Below, in pieces: positions 11,618-18,956 of a stretch of 24,000 bases of DNA (position 1 is the stretch's first letter; every line of letters begins with the position of its first letter). This DNA is from an uncultured Methanobacteriaceae archaeon (GTDB taxonomy: Archaea > Methanobacteriota > Methanobacteria > Methanobacteriales > Methanobacteriaceae). Under the pieces are notes generated by a model. It saw only the letters and a program-made list of their open reading frames with translations, was not told the DNA's origin and ran no database searches. The stretch spans positions 45,791 through 69,790 of the forward strand of contig CAVUDY010000001.1 in the NCBI GenBank assembly GCA_963740435.1, written 5' to 3'. The translations under genes were made by a program, and so were the position numbers.

Positions 11618-12238
11618 TTAAGTAATGGATGAGAGATATTTATCTACACAAGCTTTAGCATCTTCTAATTTGCCATTTTTTAAGAGATATTTTATTTCAT
11701 TATCTTCTAATATAGTATATAGATATTCTTTACGTTTCTTTTGATCATGTACCTTTTCTTTGAGGATATTTCTAGCAAAGGATTGTATTTCAAGCTGCAT
11801 CACATCCTCAACAGTTATTACCTTTTCTATCTTTTTTCTTAACTCTTTTGATATAAGAGGGCTTTTACCCCCGGTATATATGGATATCTGTACATCTCCA
11901 ACGAAAAAAGACGAAGGAACTATTAAATTACCTTTATCTGGGGCATCTGCCCTGTTAATGAGTTTTTTTCCTGATATGGTCCCAACTTTTTGGTTTAATT
12001 TATGGTCGGCTGAAGCTGTGATAACTATGTCAGCCCATTCAACGTATTGTTCTATTTCTTCAGGTGTTTTAATAATTGCTCCTAGGTTCACTATATCAAT
12101 GGGAACATGGTTTCCTATAACAACAACATTAGCCCCTGCTTTTAGAAACCTTCTGGCTCGCCTATTTCCTACTTCTCCTGAACCTATTATTAAAACATTA
12201 TTATCCTTCATTTCAAGAAATAGAGGAGTCCAACCCAT
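11618..12238 (-). CDS. sirC: Precorrin-2 dehydrogenase / sirohydrochlorin ferrochelatase (CysG N-terminal / Met8p-like)
   Basis: LFLEMKDNNVLIIGSGEVGNRRARRFLKAGANVVVI Rossmann motif, then ADIVITASADHKLN and ISIYTGGKSPLISKELRKKIE, as in the siroheme synthase N-domain. The ATG lies 1 nt after the upstream stop, and GGAG lies 8 nt upstream. Confidence 0.82.
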   Translation of the reverse strand: MGWTPLFLEMKDNNVLIIGSGEVGNRRARRFLKAGANVVVIGNHVPIDIVNLGAIIKTPEEIEQYVEWADIVITASADHKLNQKVGTISGKKLINRADAPDKGNLIVPSSFFVGDVQISIYTGGKSPLISKELRKKIEKVITVEDVMQLEIQSFARNILKEKVHDQKKRKEYLYTILEDNEIKYLLKNGKLEDAKACVDKYLSSIT

Positions 12239-12239
12239 C

Positions 12240-12716
12240 TTACAACTCCAAATTCTTCATTTTAAGCAGTTTTGCTGCTTTTTTCACATCGTTATCACAT
12301 TGTATAAGTACTTCTAATGCTTCTTCCTCTGAAACATTGAATGTTTCAGAAAGGATGATCATACTATCTTTGGTATTTGATTCATGTTTACCCACAAGCT
12401 CCTCTGAGAGCTGTTTTTTTAGGTCCATATACTCATCAACACTCATATCAATCCTTCTCATTACCATGTCCCTTAGTGGGCAGGGTTTTGAAGGTTTACA
12501 ACACCATACAAGTGAACCAAAACAGGTTCCTTCTCCTTGTCCTAATTTAGTATTTTCAGCATATTTTTCTTTTATTTCTATGTATTCTTGAGCAGTGAGT
12601 TTGGCATCCTCAAGTGCATATATAACTGGGCAAGGTTTTACTGGTGGACAACAAAATGACAAAGCTCGTTTATCTCCTCCCCTGCATACATGTGATGGTG
12701 AATCTTCCCAAACCAT
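12240..12716 (-). CDS. Small Cys-rich protein with duplicated CC-x-P-x-KPCP modules and a UBA-like C-terminus (possibly the 'methanogenesis marker protein 9' family)
   Basis: 158 aa. Two homologous modules lie at res 11-52 and res 65-103, with 8 Cys in total. The tail reads [33 protein letters not shown]. The ATG lies 4 nt after the atwA stop, with GGAGG in atwA's last codons. The family name is from memory and was not verified. Confidence 0.7.
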   Translation of the reverse strand: MVWEDSPSHVCRGGDKRALSFCCPPVKPCPVIYALEDAKLTAQEYIEIKEKYAENTKLGQGEGTCFGSLVWCCKPSKPCPLRDMVMRRIDMSVDEYMDLKKQLSEELVGKHESNTKDSMIILSETFNVSEEEALEVLIQCDNDVKKAAKLLKMKNLEL

Positions 12717-12720
12717 TATT

Positions 12721-14322
12721 TTATTCCTCCGTAAGCATCTTTTCTTTTTCTGTAGGTGTTAAATCTTCGACTATTTCGTTTGGGTCACCGATTTTAAGTA
12801 TTTTTCCACCTCGCATCAGTGCAGCTCTATCACAAACATCAAGAACGAAGTCCATGTCATGAGAAATTATTAGAAAAGTCTGATTAATCTCGTCACGAGC
12901 TCTTCTTATTGAATCGGTAACCTGAACTCTAGTTATAGGATCCATGGTACCAGTGGGTTCGTCAAGGATCACTATATTCGGTTCTTTTATCAGAACTTGG
13001 GCCAATGCGACTCTGTGTCTTTCTCCACCACTTAATTCATCGGGAAATTTTGTTAACAAATTATTGGCATAATCTTCATCAAAACCAACTGCTTTAAGCA
13101 CGTAAATAGCTTTCATTTTTGCAAATTCAGCGGGAAGTTCGAGGCTTATCGCTTCGGTTAGATTACCAAGAACGTTTCTGTGAGGGTAGAGGCTATACTC
13201 TTGATGTAAAATTCCCAAATAGGGTATAACACGCCCCCTTCCAAAAGGGCCCTTTTGTGTCATATCAATCCAGTTTTCACCAAGTTTAACTTCGATTTTA
13301 CCTTCACTAGGGTCTGTTAATCCATAAAGAATCCTTGAAAGGGTTGTTTTTCCTCCACCGCTCAATCCAACTATGCCAAAGATTTCACTTTCATCTACAA
13401 CAAGATCTATACCGTCTACAGCTTTAACAACACCCCTATCTATGGAGTAGTAATATTTTTTCACGCTTTCCATCTGTATAATTGGGCCACCTGTCTTGAA
13501 TACATTTTTTTTCTCGGGTAACGGTACTTGAGACATGAATTCTTTCACCACAGTCTCCGGATCACCTTCAACTATTACTTCTCCCTTTTCAAGCCAAATC
13601 ACGTGATCTGATAATTTTTTCATTACCTCTGGCCAATGAGAGGTTATAATCATAGTTGTTCCCTTGTTTTTTACACCATCAAGCAGAGCTTGGTGTAATA
13701 ATTCTGCGGTTTTAGGATCTAAAGTGCCTGTAGGTTCATCTGCAAGGAATATCATTGGTTCTTTAGCTAATTGACGTGCAAGCACAACTCTCTGTTTTTC
13801 TCCCCCACTAAGATCTCTTGCAATGTGAGTAATTCTATGGGCCATTTGTGCCATTTCGATGAGATCTATTGCCATATAGGTACTATCTTCTTCAGTATGC
13901 CCTGTTATTGATTTTAAAACATTATCAATGACGGTATCATCTTCATAAAGGGCGAAGGTTCTCTGTAACATAATGGAAATTCTACGTTTAATTGCTGCAA
14001 AAACTTTACGGTCGCTATTCCAGAAATCAACTTTTCGAAGCTCAAACTCACAACCACATCCGCAGCTACATACTAAACCTGCTTTTGATGGTGGTTCCAC
14101 TCTAAGACATTCTGGACATATAGATATGGTATATATAATCTGACCTGAATCGGGTCTGTAATCTTTCATTCCACGGAACATGTTTATGAGTACAGACTTT
14201 CCTGAACCACTTCTACCGAGGATACCCAAAACTTTTCCTTCGTCTATGGTCATATTTAGATTTTTTAAGATTTTAACGTCGTTAAAGGTTTTTGTGACAT
14301 TTTTCAATTCTATAAAAGACAT
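12721..14322 (-). CDS. atwA: Methyl-coenzyme M reductase system component A2 (tandem ABC ATPase)
   Basis: Two ABC cassettes. Walker A motifs GRSGSGKS and GLSGGGKT, signature motifs LSGGEKQR and LSGGERHR, Walker B motifs IFLADEPT and IVILDEPT. 533 aa. A Cys-rich insert (CPEC...CSCGCGC) sits in cassette 1. GGTGG lies 4 nt upstream of the ATG. Confidence 0.85.
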   Translation of the reverse strand: MSFIELKNVTKTFNDVKILKNLNMTIDEGKVLGILGRSGSGKSVLINMFRGMKDYRPDSGQIIYTISICPECLRVEPPSKAGLVCSCGCGCEFELRKVDFWNSDRKVFAAIKRRISIMLQRTFALYEDDTVIDNVLKSITGHTEEDSTYMAIDLIEMAQMAHRITHIARDLSGGEKQRVVLARQLAKEPMIFLADEPTGTLDPKTAELLHQALLDGVKNKGTTMIITSHWPEVMKKLSDHVIWLEKGEVIVEGDPETVVKEFMSQVPLPEKKNVFKTGGPIIQMESVKKYYYSIDRGVVKAVDGIDLVVDESEIFGIVGLSGGGKTTLSRILYGLTDPSEGKIEVKLGENWIDMTQKGPFGRGRVIPYLGILHQEYSLYPHRNVLGNLTEAISLELPAEFAKMKAIYVLKAVGFDEDYANNLLTKFPDELSGGERHRVALAQVLIKEPNIVILDEPTGTMDPITRVQVTDSIRRARDEINQTFLIISHDMDFVLDVCDRAALMRGGKILKIGDPNEIVEDLTPTEKEKMLTEE

Positions 14323-14355
14323 TAGACCACCTTTTTCATGATTTGTGATTTTTAG

Positions 14356-14408
14356 ATTAATTAATTTGATTCATGTGTATTGATATTAATCTATTAATTA
14401 TTTGATTC
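14356..14408 (-). promoter_or_regulatory. Direct repeat ATTAATTA(A)TTTGATTC x2 in the atwA upstream region
   Basis: Copies at 14356-14372 and 14393-14408 (plus-strand spelling) are identical apart from one extra A. A third ATTTGAT core lies at 14421-14427. The repeats sit between a TATA-like TATATATT (minus strand, 14413-14420) and the atwA SD. Confidence 0.3.
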
Positions 14409-14482
14409 TACCAATATATAATTTGATAATTGTTTTTGAAAATTTCAATTCATTATTATATTAAAATTATCTATTAAAATCT

Positions 14483-15199
14483 TCATATATCTGTGAGATC
14501 AAATGGAAGAGTACCGTTAATAGCTGCCCTTGCAATTGAGATACCATCTGCACCTGAATCAAACATACGTCTTGCAGATTTTAAATCCGTAATAGAATTG
14601 TTTCCTATAATGAATATATCAACTTTTTTGTTTATTGATTCAATCACGCTGTAATCTGCACAATTAAAACCGGGTTTCATAGCATCTATATGAATAAAAT
14701 CTGCACCTGCTTCATTAACAGCTTCTGCAATTGTAATATTATCTACTCCTGGAACATTTGCCCGTATTTTTACTGAAACTTTCTTGTCACATTTTTTAAC
14801 TACCTTTGAAGTGAAATCAAAGAGTATATCTGGATTTTTCAAAAGAGCTTGCCCACATCCTGATTCAATCAGTTCTGGCTGTCTACAATGAGCATTTATC
14901 TCAACCACATCGATTTCTGGTATTTTCGATATCTTAATTATTGGTTCTGATGAACATGAACGTAAGTTGACAGAAACTTGGCCATGAAAATGATCTAAAT
15001 TGTTTATTATTTTGGCTTCTTTTGTAATGTGATTGAATAAATCTTCCTCATTAATGTTAAATTCAGATCTGCCCCGCTTAATTATTTTCAATCCGGCTTT
15101 TATGGCATTTTGGTCCGCGTTATATCCTCCAAGGGTTAAAAGATCAAAGCCATAGTTAGCCATTTTACTGCAGAATCTACTATCCGTAATACCGGCCAT
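14483..15199 (-). CDS. Dus/NifR3-related FMN-type TIM-barrel protein, short archaeal form (barrel only)
   Basis: MAGITDSRF, EINAHCRQPE...GCGQALLKNPD, VSVKIRAN and GADGISIARAAINGTLPF parallel dihydrouridine-synthase motifs. There is no C-terminal helical domain. The coordinates use the first ATG. The conserved LAPMAG strand continues upstream, so the gene may extend to an ATT at 15217 (see findings). Confidence 0.72.
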   Translation of the reverse strand: MAGITDSRFCSKMANYGFDLLTLGGYNADQNAIKAGLKIIKRGRSEFNINEEDLFNHITKEAKIINNLDHFHGQVSVNLRSCSSEPIIKISKIPEIDVVEINAHCRQPELIESGCGQALLKNPDILFDFTSKVVKKCDKKVSVKIRANVPGVDNITIAEAVNEAGADFIHIDAMKPGFNCADYSVIESINKKVDIFIIGNNSITDLKSARRMFDSGADGISIARAAINGTLPFDLTDI

Positions 15200-15295
15200 A
15201 GGCGCTAAAACTTCAATATTATTCCTCCATTAAAAACAATTCAGGCATTGAAAATTTAGAATAGAATAAAATAATTAATTATAGAATCTTTGGAT

Positions 15296-16057
15296 TTATT
15301 CCTCATTTTTCATAACGTGTACCAAGTTGTAGGTGAAACCGCCTCTTATCTCTTCAAGTGCAAGATCTGCTAGATTTGCAGCCTTTTCGGCGGTAGGTGC
15401 TTTTCCAACACCGGCCTTTAAAGCTATATTTATTTCATCTTCAATTTCTTCAATTATCTTAAGTAATCCCTCAGGATTCAGGCCGTTACATGGTGACATG
15501 AAGTTGTCACCTCCAATGAAAAATAATAATGAACCCTTCTCAATTAGCTTCTTCATGAGGAAATGTTGAACACGGTTTACTATAAAAGAAGTATCATAAG
15601 CAGGTATTATATCTGTGAGAGAGTCAGTGATTCCGTTAATATCTATATGGGCGATTTGAACGAAGCTTTCATCTGTTTTAACTAAACCATCTATTGCCAG
15701 GACTTCTGTTCTTTCTTCTGACTGGGCTCCACCATAGTTTTGTAGAGCATTAGTTGCCTTTCGCTGTGCTTCATAAGGTGTTTCTGCGGCCCCTACCCCC
15801 ATACTAATGGTTATAGGATATCTGTTTCCAATGGATTTTTGTATCCTTAGATGATCTTCCATGTCTATACCATTTGTTACTGCGAGCATGTTATCGAAAC
15901 GGGTGAAAAATACTAAACCTCCCTTTGCAGCAAACTGTCTTTGAAGGTCTGCGTACAGCTCTGACTGTAAAATCTGGAGATCTGCTTCGGCTCGTGGTGT
16001 GGGAGTAACGGTCCATGGTCCATAGTTGTCAATTTGAATTAAGGTCATTTGTATCAT
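15296..16057 (-). CDS. arfA: GTP cyclohydrolase III (MJ0145 family)
   Basis: The N-terminus [22 protein letters not shown], plus FFTRFDN and FFIGGDNFM, match my recollection of archaeal GTP cyclohydrolase III. The ATG overlaps the cofD stop (ATGA). Confidence 0.85.
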   Translation of the reverse strand: MIQMTLIQIDNYGPWTVTPTPRAEADLQILQSELYADLQRQFAAKGGLVFFTRFDNMLAVTNGIDMEDHLRIQKSIGNRYPITISMGVGAAETPYEAQRKATNALQNYGGAQSEERTEVLAIDGLVKTDESFVQIAHIDINGITDSLTDIIPAYDTSFIVNRVQHFLMKKLIEKGSLLFFIGGDNFMSPCNGLNPEGLLKIIEEIEDEINIALKAGVGKAPTAEKAANLADLALEEIRGGFTYNLVHVMKNEE

Positions 16058-16959
16058 AAAATTTCACCCAAAGTAATTCTAGTTAACATCATTTTATCTT
16101 TGATGTTCTTCATGTTGGTGTTTGTTACTACAACCTCTGGTATTAGTCTTTCGATTTTATTCTTGTAGGCAATATCATCAAGGTCTATAATAAATTTGTC
16201 TAAAAAGTTCGCATACATATTTGCAACACCTAAACATGAAACTTCATGACCCATAGCATTCATAAATTTTGCTGCAGGCCCGCTTACAGGTGCATCACCA
16301 ATTATGGGGGATATTGCCACTACATATGATTTTTTAAGGGCATTGATAACACCGTCTAATGAAATTATGGGCCAAATTGAAGTAATAGGGTTTGATGGAC
16401 CTAAAACAACGGTATCTGATTCTTCAATGGATTCTATAAGTTGGGGTGATGGTTCAACACTATCGTACTTGATGTCAAAGACTTCAGGTTTTCCCTGTCT
16501 TTCAACCAAGAATTCATGAAATTCCATATCACCTTCATCTGTTACGATGACTATATTGGATTTTTCATTGCTCATAGGGATGATTTTGGATTTAATACCC
16601 AGGGATTTCCTTTGAATGTCAACAGCCATTGAAAGGGGATATTTTTCCATTAGCAAGGTTTTCTGAATTTTTATGGCCCTATCCCTGTCCCCTATTTTAA
16701 GGGTTTCTGGACATTTGATCTCCTTTAAAGTTTCATGAGTTATAAATGTATCATCTTTGATACCATACCAAGTTTCATTGTTGATGATTCCAGACAATGT
16801 GTACATGACAGTATCGATGTCTGCTGCTACATACACTCCCGAAAAATAGTTGTTTTCGAGGGTGTTAACTATTATCCTCAGATATTTTGGATCAACAATC
16901 TTAACAAAACCCTGTAATAATTTAGGGGTACCTGTCCCGCCTGAAAGTATGGTTATCAT
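16054..16959 (-). CDS. cofD: 2-phospho-L-lactate transferase (LPPG:FO transferase)
   Basis: [17 protein letters not shown]-terminal motif, ~300 aa, adjacent to cofE. Confidence 0.85.
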   Translation of the reverse strand: MITILSGGTGTPKLLQGFVKIVDPKYLRIIVNTLENNYFSGVYVAADIDTVMYTLSGIINNETWYGIKDDTFITHETLKEIKCPETLKIGDRDRAIKIQKTLLMEKYPLSMAVDIQRKSLGIKSKIIPMSNEKSNIVIVTDEGDMEFHEFLVERQGKPEVFDIKYDSVEPSPQLIESIEESDTVVLGPSNPITSIWPIISLDGVINALKKSYVVAISPIIGDAPVSGPAAKFMNAMGHEVSCLGVANMYANFLDKFIIDLDDIAYKNKIERLIPEVVVTNTNMKNIKDKMMLTRITLGEIL

Positions 16960-17038
16960 TGGATCAAATTCTAATTATCATTTGTTTTTATAACGGATTA
17001 ATGGACTGGTATATAGATAATTTCTAGCTACATTACTT

Positions 17039-17800
17039 CTATCTGAAGACATCATATTTTTTTGGTCTTATAAGTGGTTTTATTGTTGCAGAGTTGTTTT
17101 TCAATGTTTTGAAATAATCAACTCCCCTCACAATTACTACTGGAATTCCTTCATCAGCTTGGCCCATTACTATTGAAGCAGCTGATGCTAATTCATCTGC
17201 AACTGCTATATTGGTTGTTTGTAGCTCTCTTCCATAGAGATCGGTTTCTCCCTGCCGATTCCATAGTGGTTCAATACCAGATATTCCAATGGCAACACCT
17301 ACAGCTCCTTCTCTAAATGCGCGTCCTTGAGTGTCTGATATTATCACGGCGACCTGTTTTCCAGTAGTATTCTCAATTTTTCTTCTTATTGTGTTTGCAC
17401 TTTCATCAGAATTTAATGGTATGGGCGTTGCAAGCCCATTTTCTACATTAGATTCATCGATACCTGCGTTAGCACATATAAAACCATGCTTAGTTTCGGA
17501 AATTATAAAATCGGGTCCTACCTTGATGATTTCTTTCGATTCACGAATAATAAATTCTACAAGATTGGCATCTTTACCTGTTTTAACTGAAAGTTCCAGT
17601 GCTTGTTTACTTGGTTTTAATGATTTAAGATCGATCACTGTTCCTTCTGATTTTGCAACAGCAGTTTCTGCTATCACCAGAACATCTTCGTTATAGATTT
17701 CTATATTTTCAGAATCTGCTGCATTGACTATTATTTCTGCGAGGTTGTTTCCTTTTTTAATAAGTGGAATTTTTGTTATACCTATCAGATTAACACACAT
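17039..17800 (-). CDS. cofE: Coenzyme F420-0:L-glutamate ligase
   Basis: 253 aa with NAGIDESN and [14 protein letters not shown](A)VGVAIG blocks typical of CofE. GGTG lies 6 nt upstream of the ATG. Adjacent to cofD. Confidence 0.82.
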   Translation of the reverse strand: MCVNLIGITKIPLIKKGNNLAEIIVNAADSENIEIYNEDVLVIAETAVAKSEGTVIDLKSLKPSKQALELSVKTGKDANLVEFIIRESKEIIKVGPDFIISETKHGFICANAGIDESNVENGLATPIPLNSDESANTIRRKIENTTGKQVAVIISDTQGRAFREGAVGVAIGISGIEPLWNRQGETDLYGRELQTTNIAVADELASAASIVMGQADEGIPVVIVRGVDYFKTLKNNSATIKPLIRPKKYDVFR

Positions 17801-17852
17801 TTCAGCACCTGTTAAAGACCAGTAATATTAAAATAAATTCTTCCAAAGAGCA

Positions 17853-18455
17853 TTATATCGAACTTATTTCCCATTTATCAATTCCAAAGGCAGCAGCCGA
17901 TGTTACTGGGTTGATGAACCCTTCAAATTTGCCCTGGTCCATAATGAACTGGGCAGCTTCTTGGGCATTGGTTGCCTTGAAATCTACTATCTGTGGTCTT
18001 GTGTGTTCATATGTGGATATATAAGCACATTTTCCATCTCGAACCTTTTCAACTATCAGATCTTCGTGTGTAACAATTCCAATGTACGAGTCTCCATCAA
18101 TGGTGGTTACACCAGCAATACGTGGGGTATTATAATCGTCCTTCTCATAATCCATTGAAAGTAATGATAATGCCATTGAATCTCGTATATTCATTCCTGA
18201 GGATATCTTATCAGATATTACATCTGTATGGGATCCATTAGAAACTACAGCGATATTATTAACGATCTTTATGGAGTTGTAGGCAATGTAAGGATTTTTA
18301 AATACATCTTTTTCATTTCCCTCAGTAGGAACAATTGAAACTCTGTCATCAAATGTTTTTGCTATTCTATTTGGAAAAGAACGGCTGGATACTCGGTATG
18401 CTACAAATTTTCCTGATTCTGTACTTCCAACTGCTAGTATTCTTCCTAAGTACAT
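17853..18455 (-). CDS. purO: Archaeal IMP cyclohydrolase
   Basis: [10 protein letters not shown]...[14 protein letters not shown] is the PurO N-terminus. The track start (18464) is the GTG inside the SD GGTGA. The ATG at 18455 follows that SD by 5 nt. Confidence 0.85.
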   Translation of the reverse strand: MYLGRILAVGSTESGKFVAYRVSSRSFPNRIAKTFDDRVSIVPTEGNEKDVFKNPYIAYNSIKIVNNIAVVSNGSHTDVISDKISSGMNIRDSMALSLLSMDYEKDDYNTPRIAGVTTIDGDSYIGIVTHEDLIVEKVRDGKCAYISTYEHTRPQIVDFKATNAQEAAQFIMDQGKFEGFINPVTSAAAFGIDKWEISSI

Positions 18456-18531
18456 TTTATTCACCTTTAATTTTTTGAGAACATATTATGAAACAATCAT
18501 TTCATATCACTAAGTTATCAAGTCAGGCGTT

Positions 18532-18927
18532 TCACTGTTGTGGAATGTTAACGGCCTGATCTGGTGTCAATCCTTGAGGTGTTGTGATTATTATTGCTCC
18601 GTCCTTTGCATTTATAATTATTTGTCCCTCATCTATAACTTTGGTATGAACCGCAATTGCACCATTTTTTATATCTTTGGACATATCTACACCATTGACT
18701 GTCACATTTTTAAGACCGGATACAGGTATAAGGTAGTAATCTGAAGGTCCCGTGGTCTGGTTCATTACAGGTTTTCCTGAATTAGCACTGTCTGCTGAGG
18801 CTTGAAAACTACTCGTGACCATTAAAAATATTAGAATTGTGAATATCACATCGATAAGTGGTACTAAATTTACTCGAGGATTATTTTGTTGTAATTTGTT
18901 TCTGTAGCGGCTTGTGTCCAGTGCCAT
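18532..18927 (-). CDS. exbD: ExbD/TolR-family biopolymer transport protein
   Basis: Single N-terminal TM helix NLVPLIDVIFTILIFLMV carrying the conserved TM Asp (D26, codon 18850-18852). Soluble C-terminal domain. 131 aa. GGAG lies 8 nt upstream of the ATG. Confidence 0.82.
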   Translation of the reverse strand: MALDTSRYRNKLQQNNPRVNLVPLIDVIFTILIFLMVTSSFQASADSANSGKPVMNQTTGPSDYYLIPVSGLKNVTVNGVDMSKDIKNGAIAVHTKVIDEGQIIINAKDGAIIITTPQGLTPDQAVNIPQQ

Positions 18928-18956
18928 TATTTTTCTCCATAATATATTGTTTAATT

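Noticed and set aside
11760-12317. 185-aa plus-strand ORF antisense to sirC and to the end of the Cys-rich gene. Similar long antisense ORFs occur at 6114-6623 (antisense to gatE), 19015-19560 (exbB), 7054-7392 (trxB), 17331-17696 (cofE), 22030-22368 (219-aa gene), 20110-20433 (rnhB) and 10674-10895 (hemA).
   Set aside because: Each lies entirely within a gene that carries strong family motifs on the other strand. Their translations are S/I/F/L-rich low-complexity sequence, typical of the reverse complement of K/E/D-rich AT-biased codons. None has an SD or a recognisable motif.
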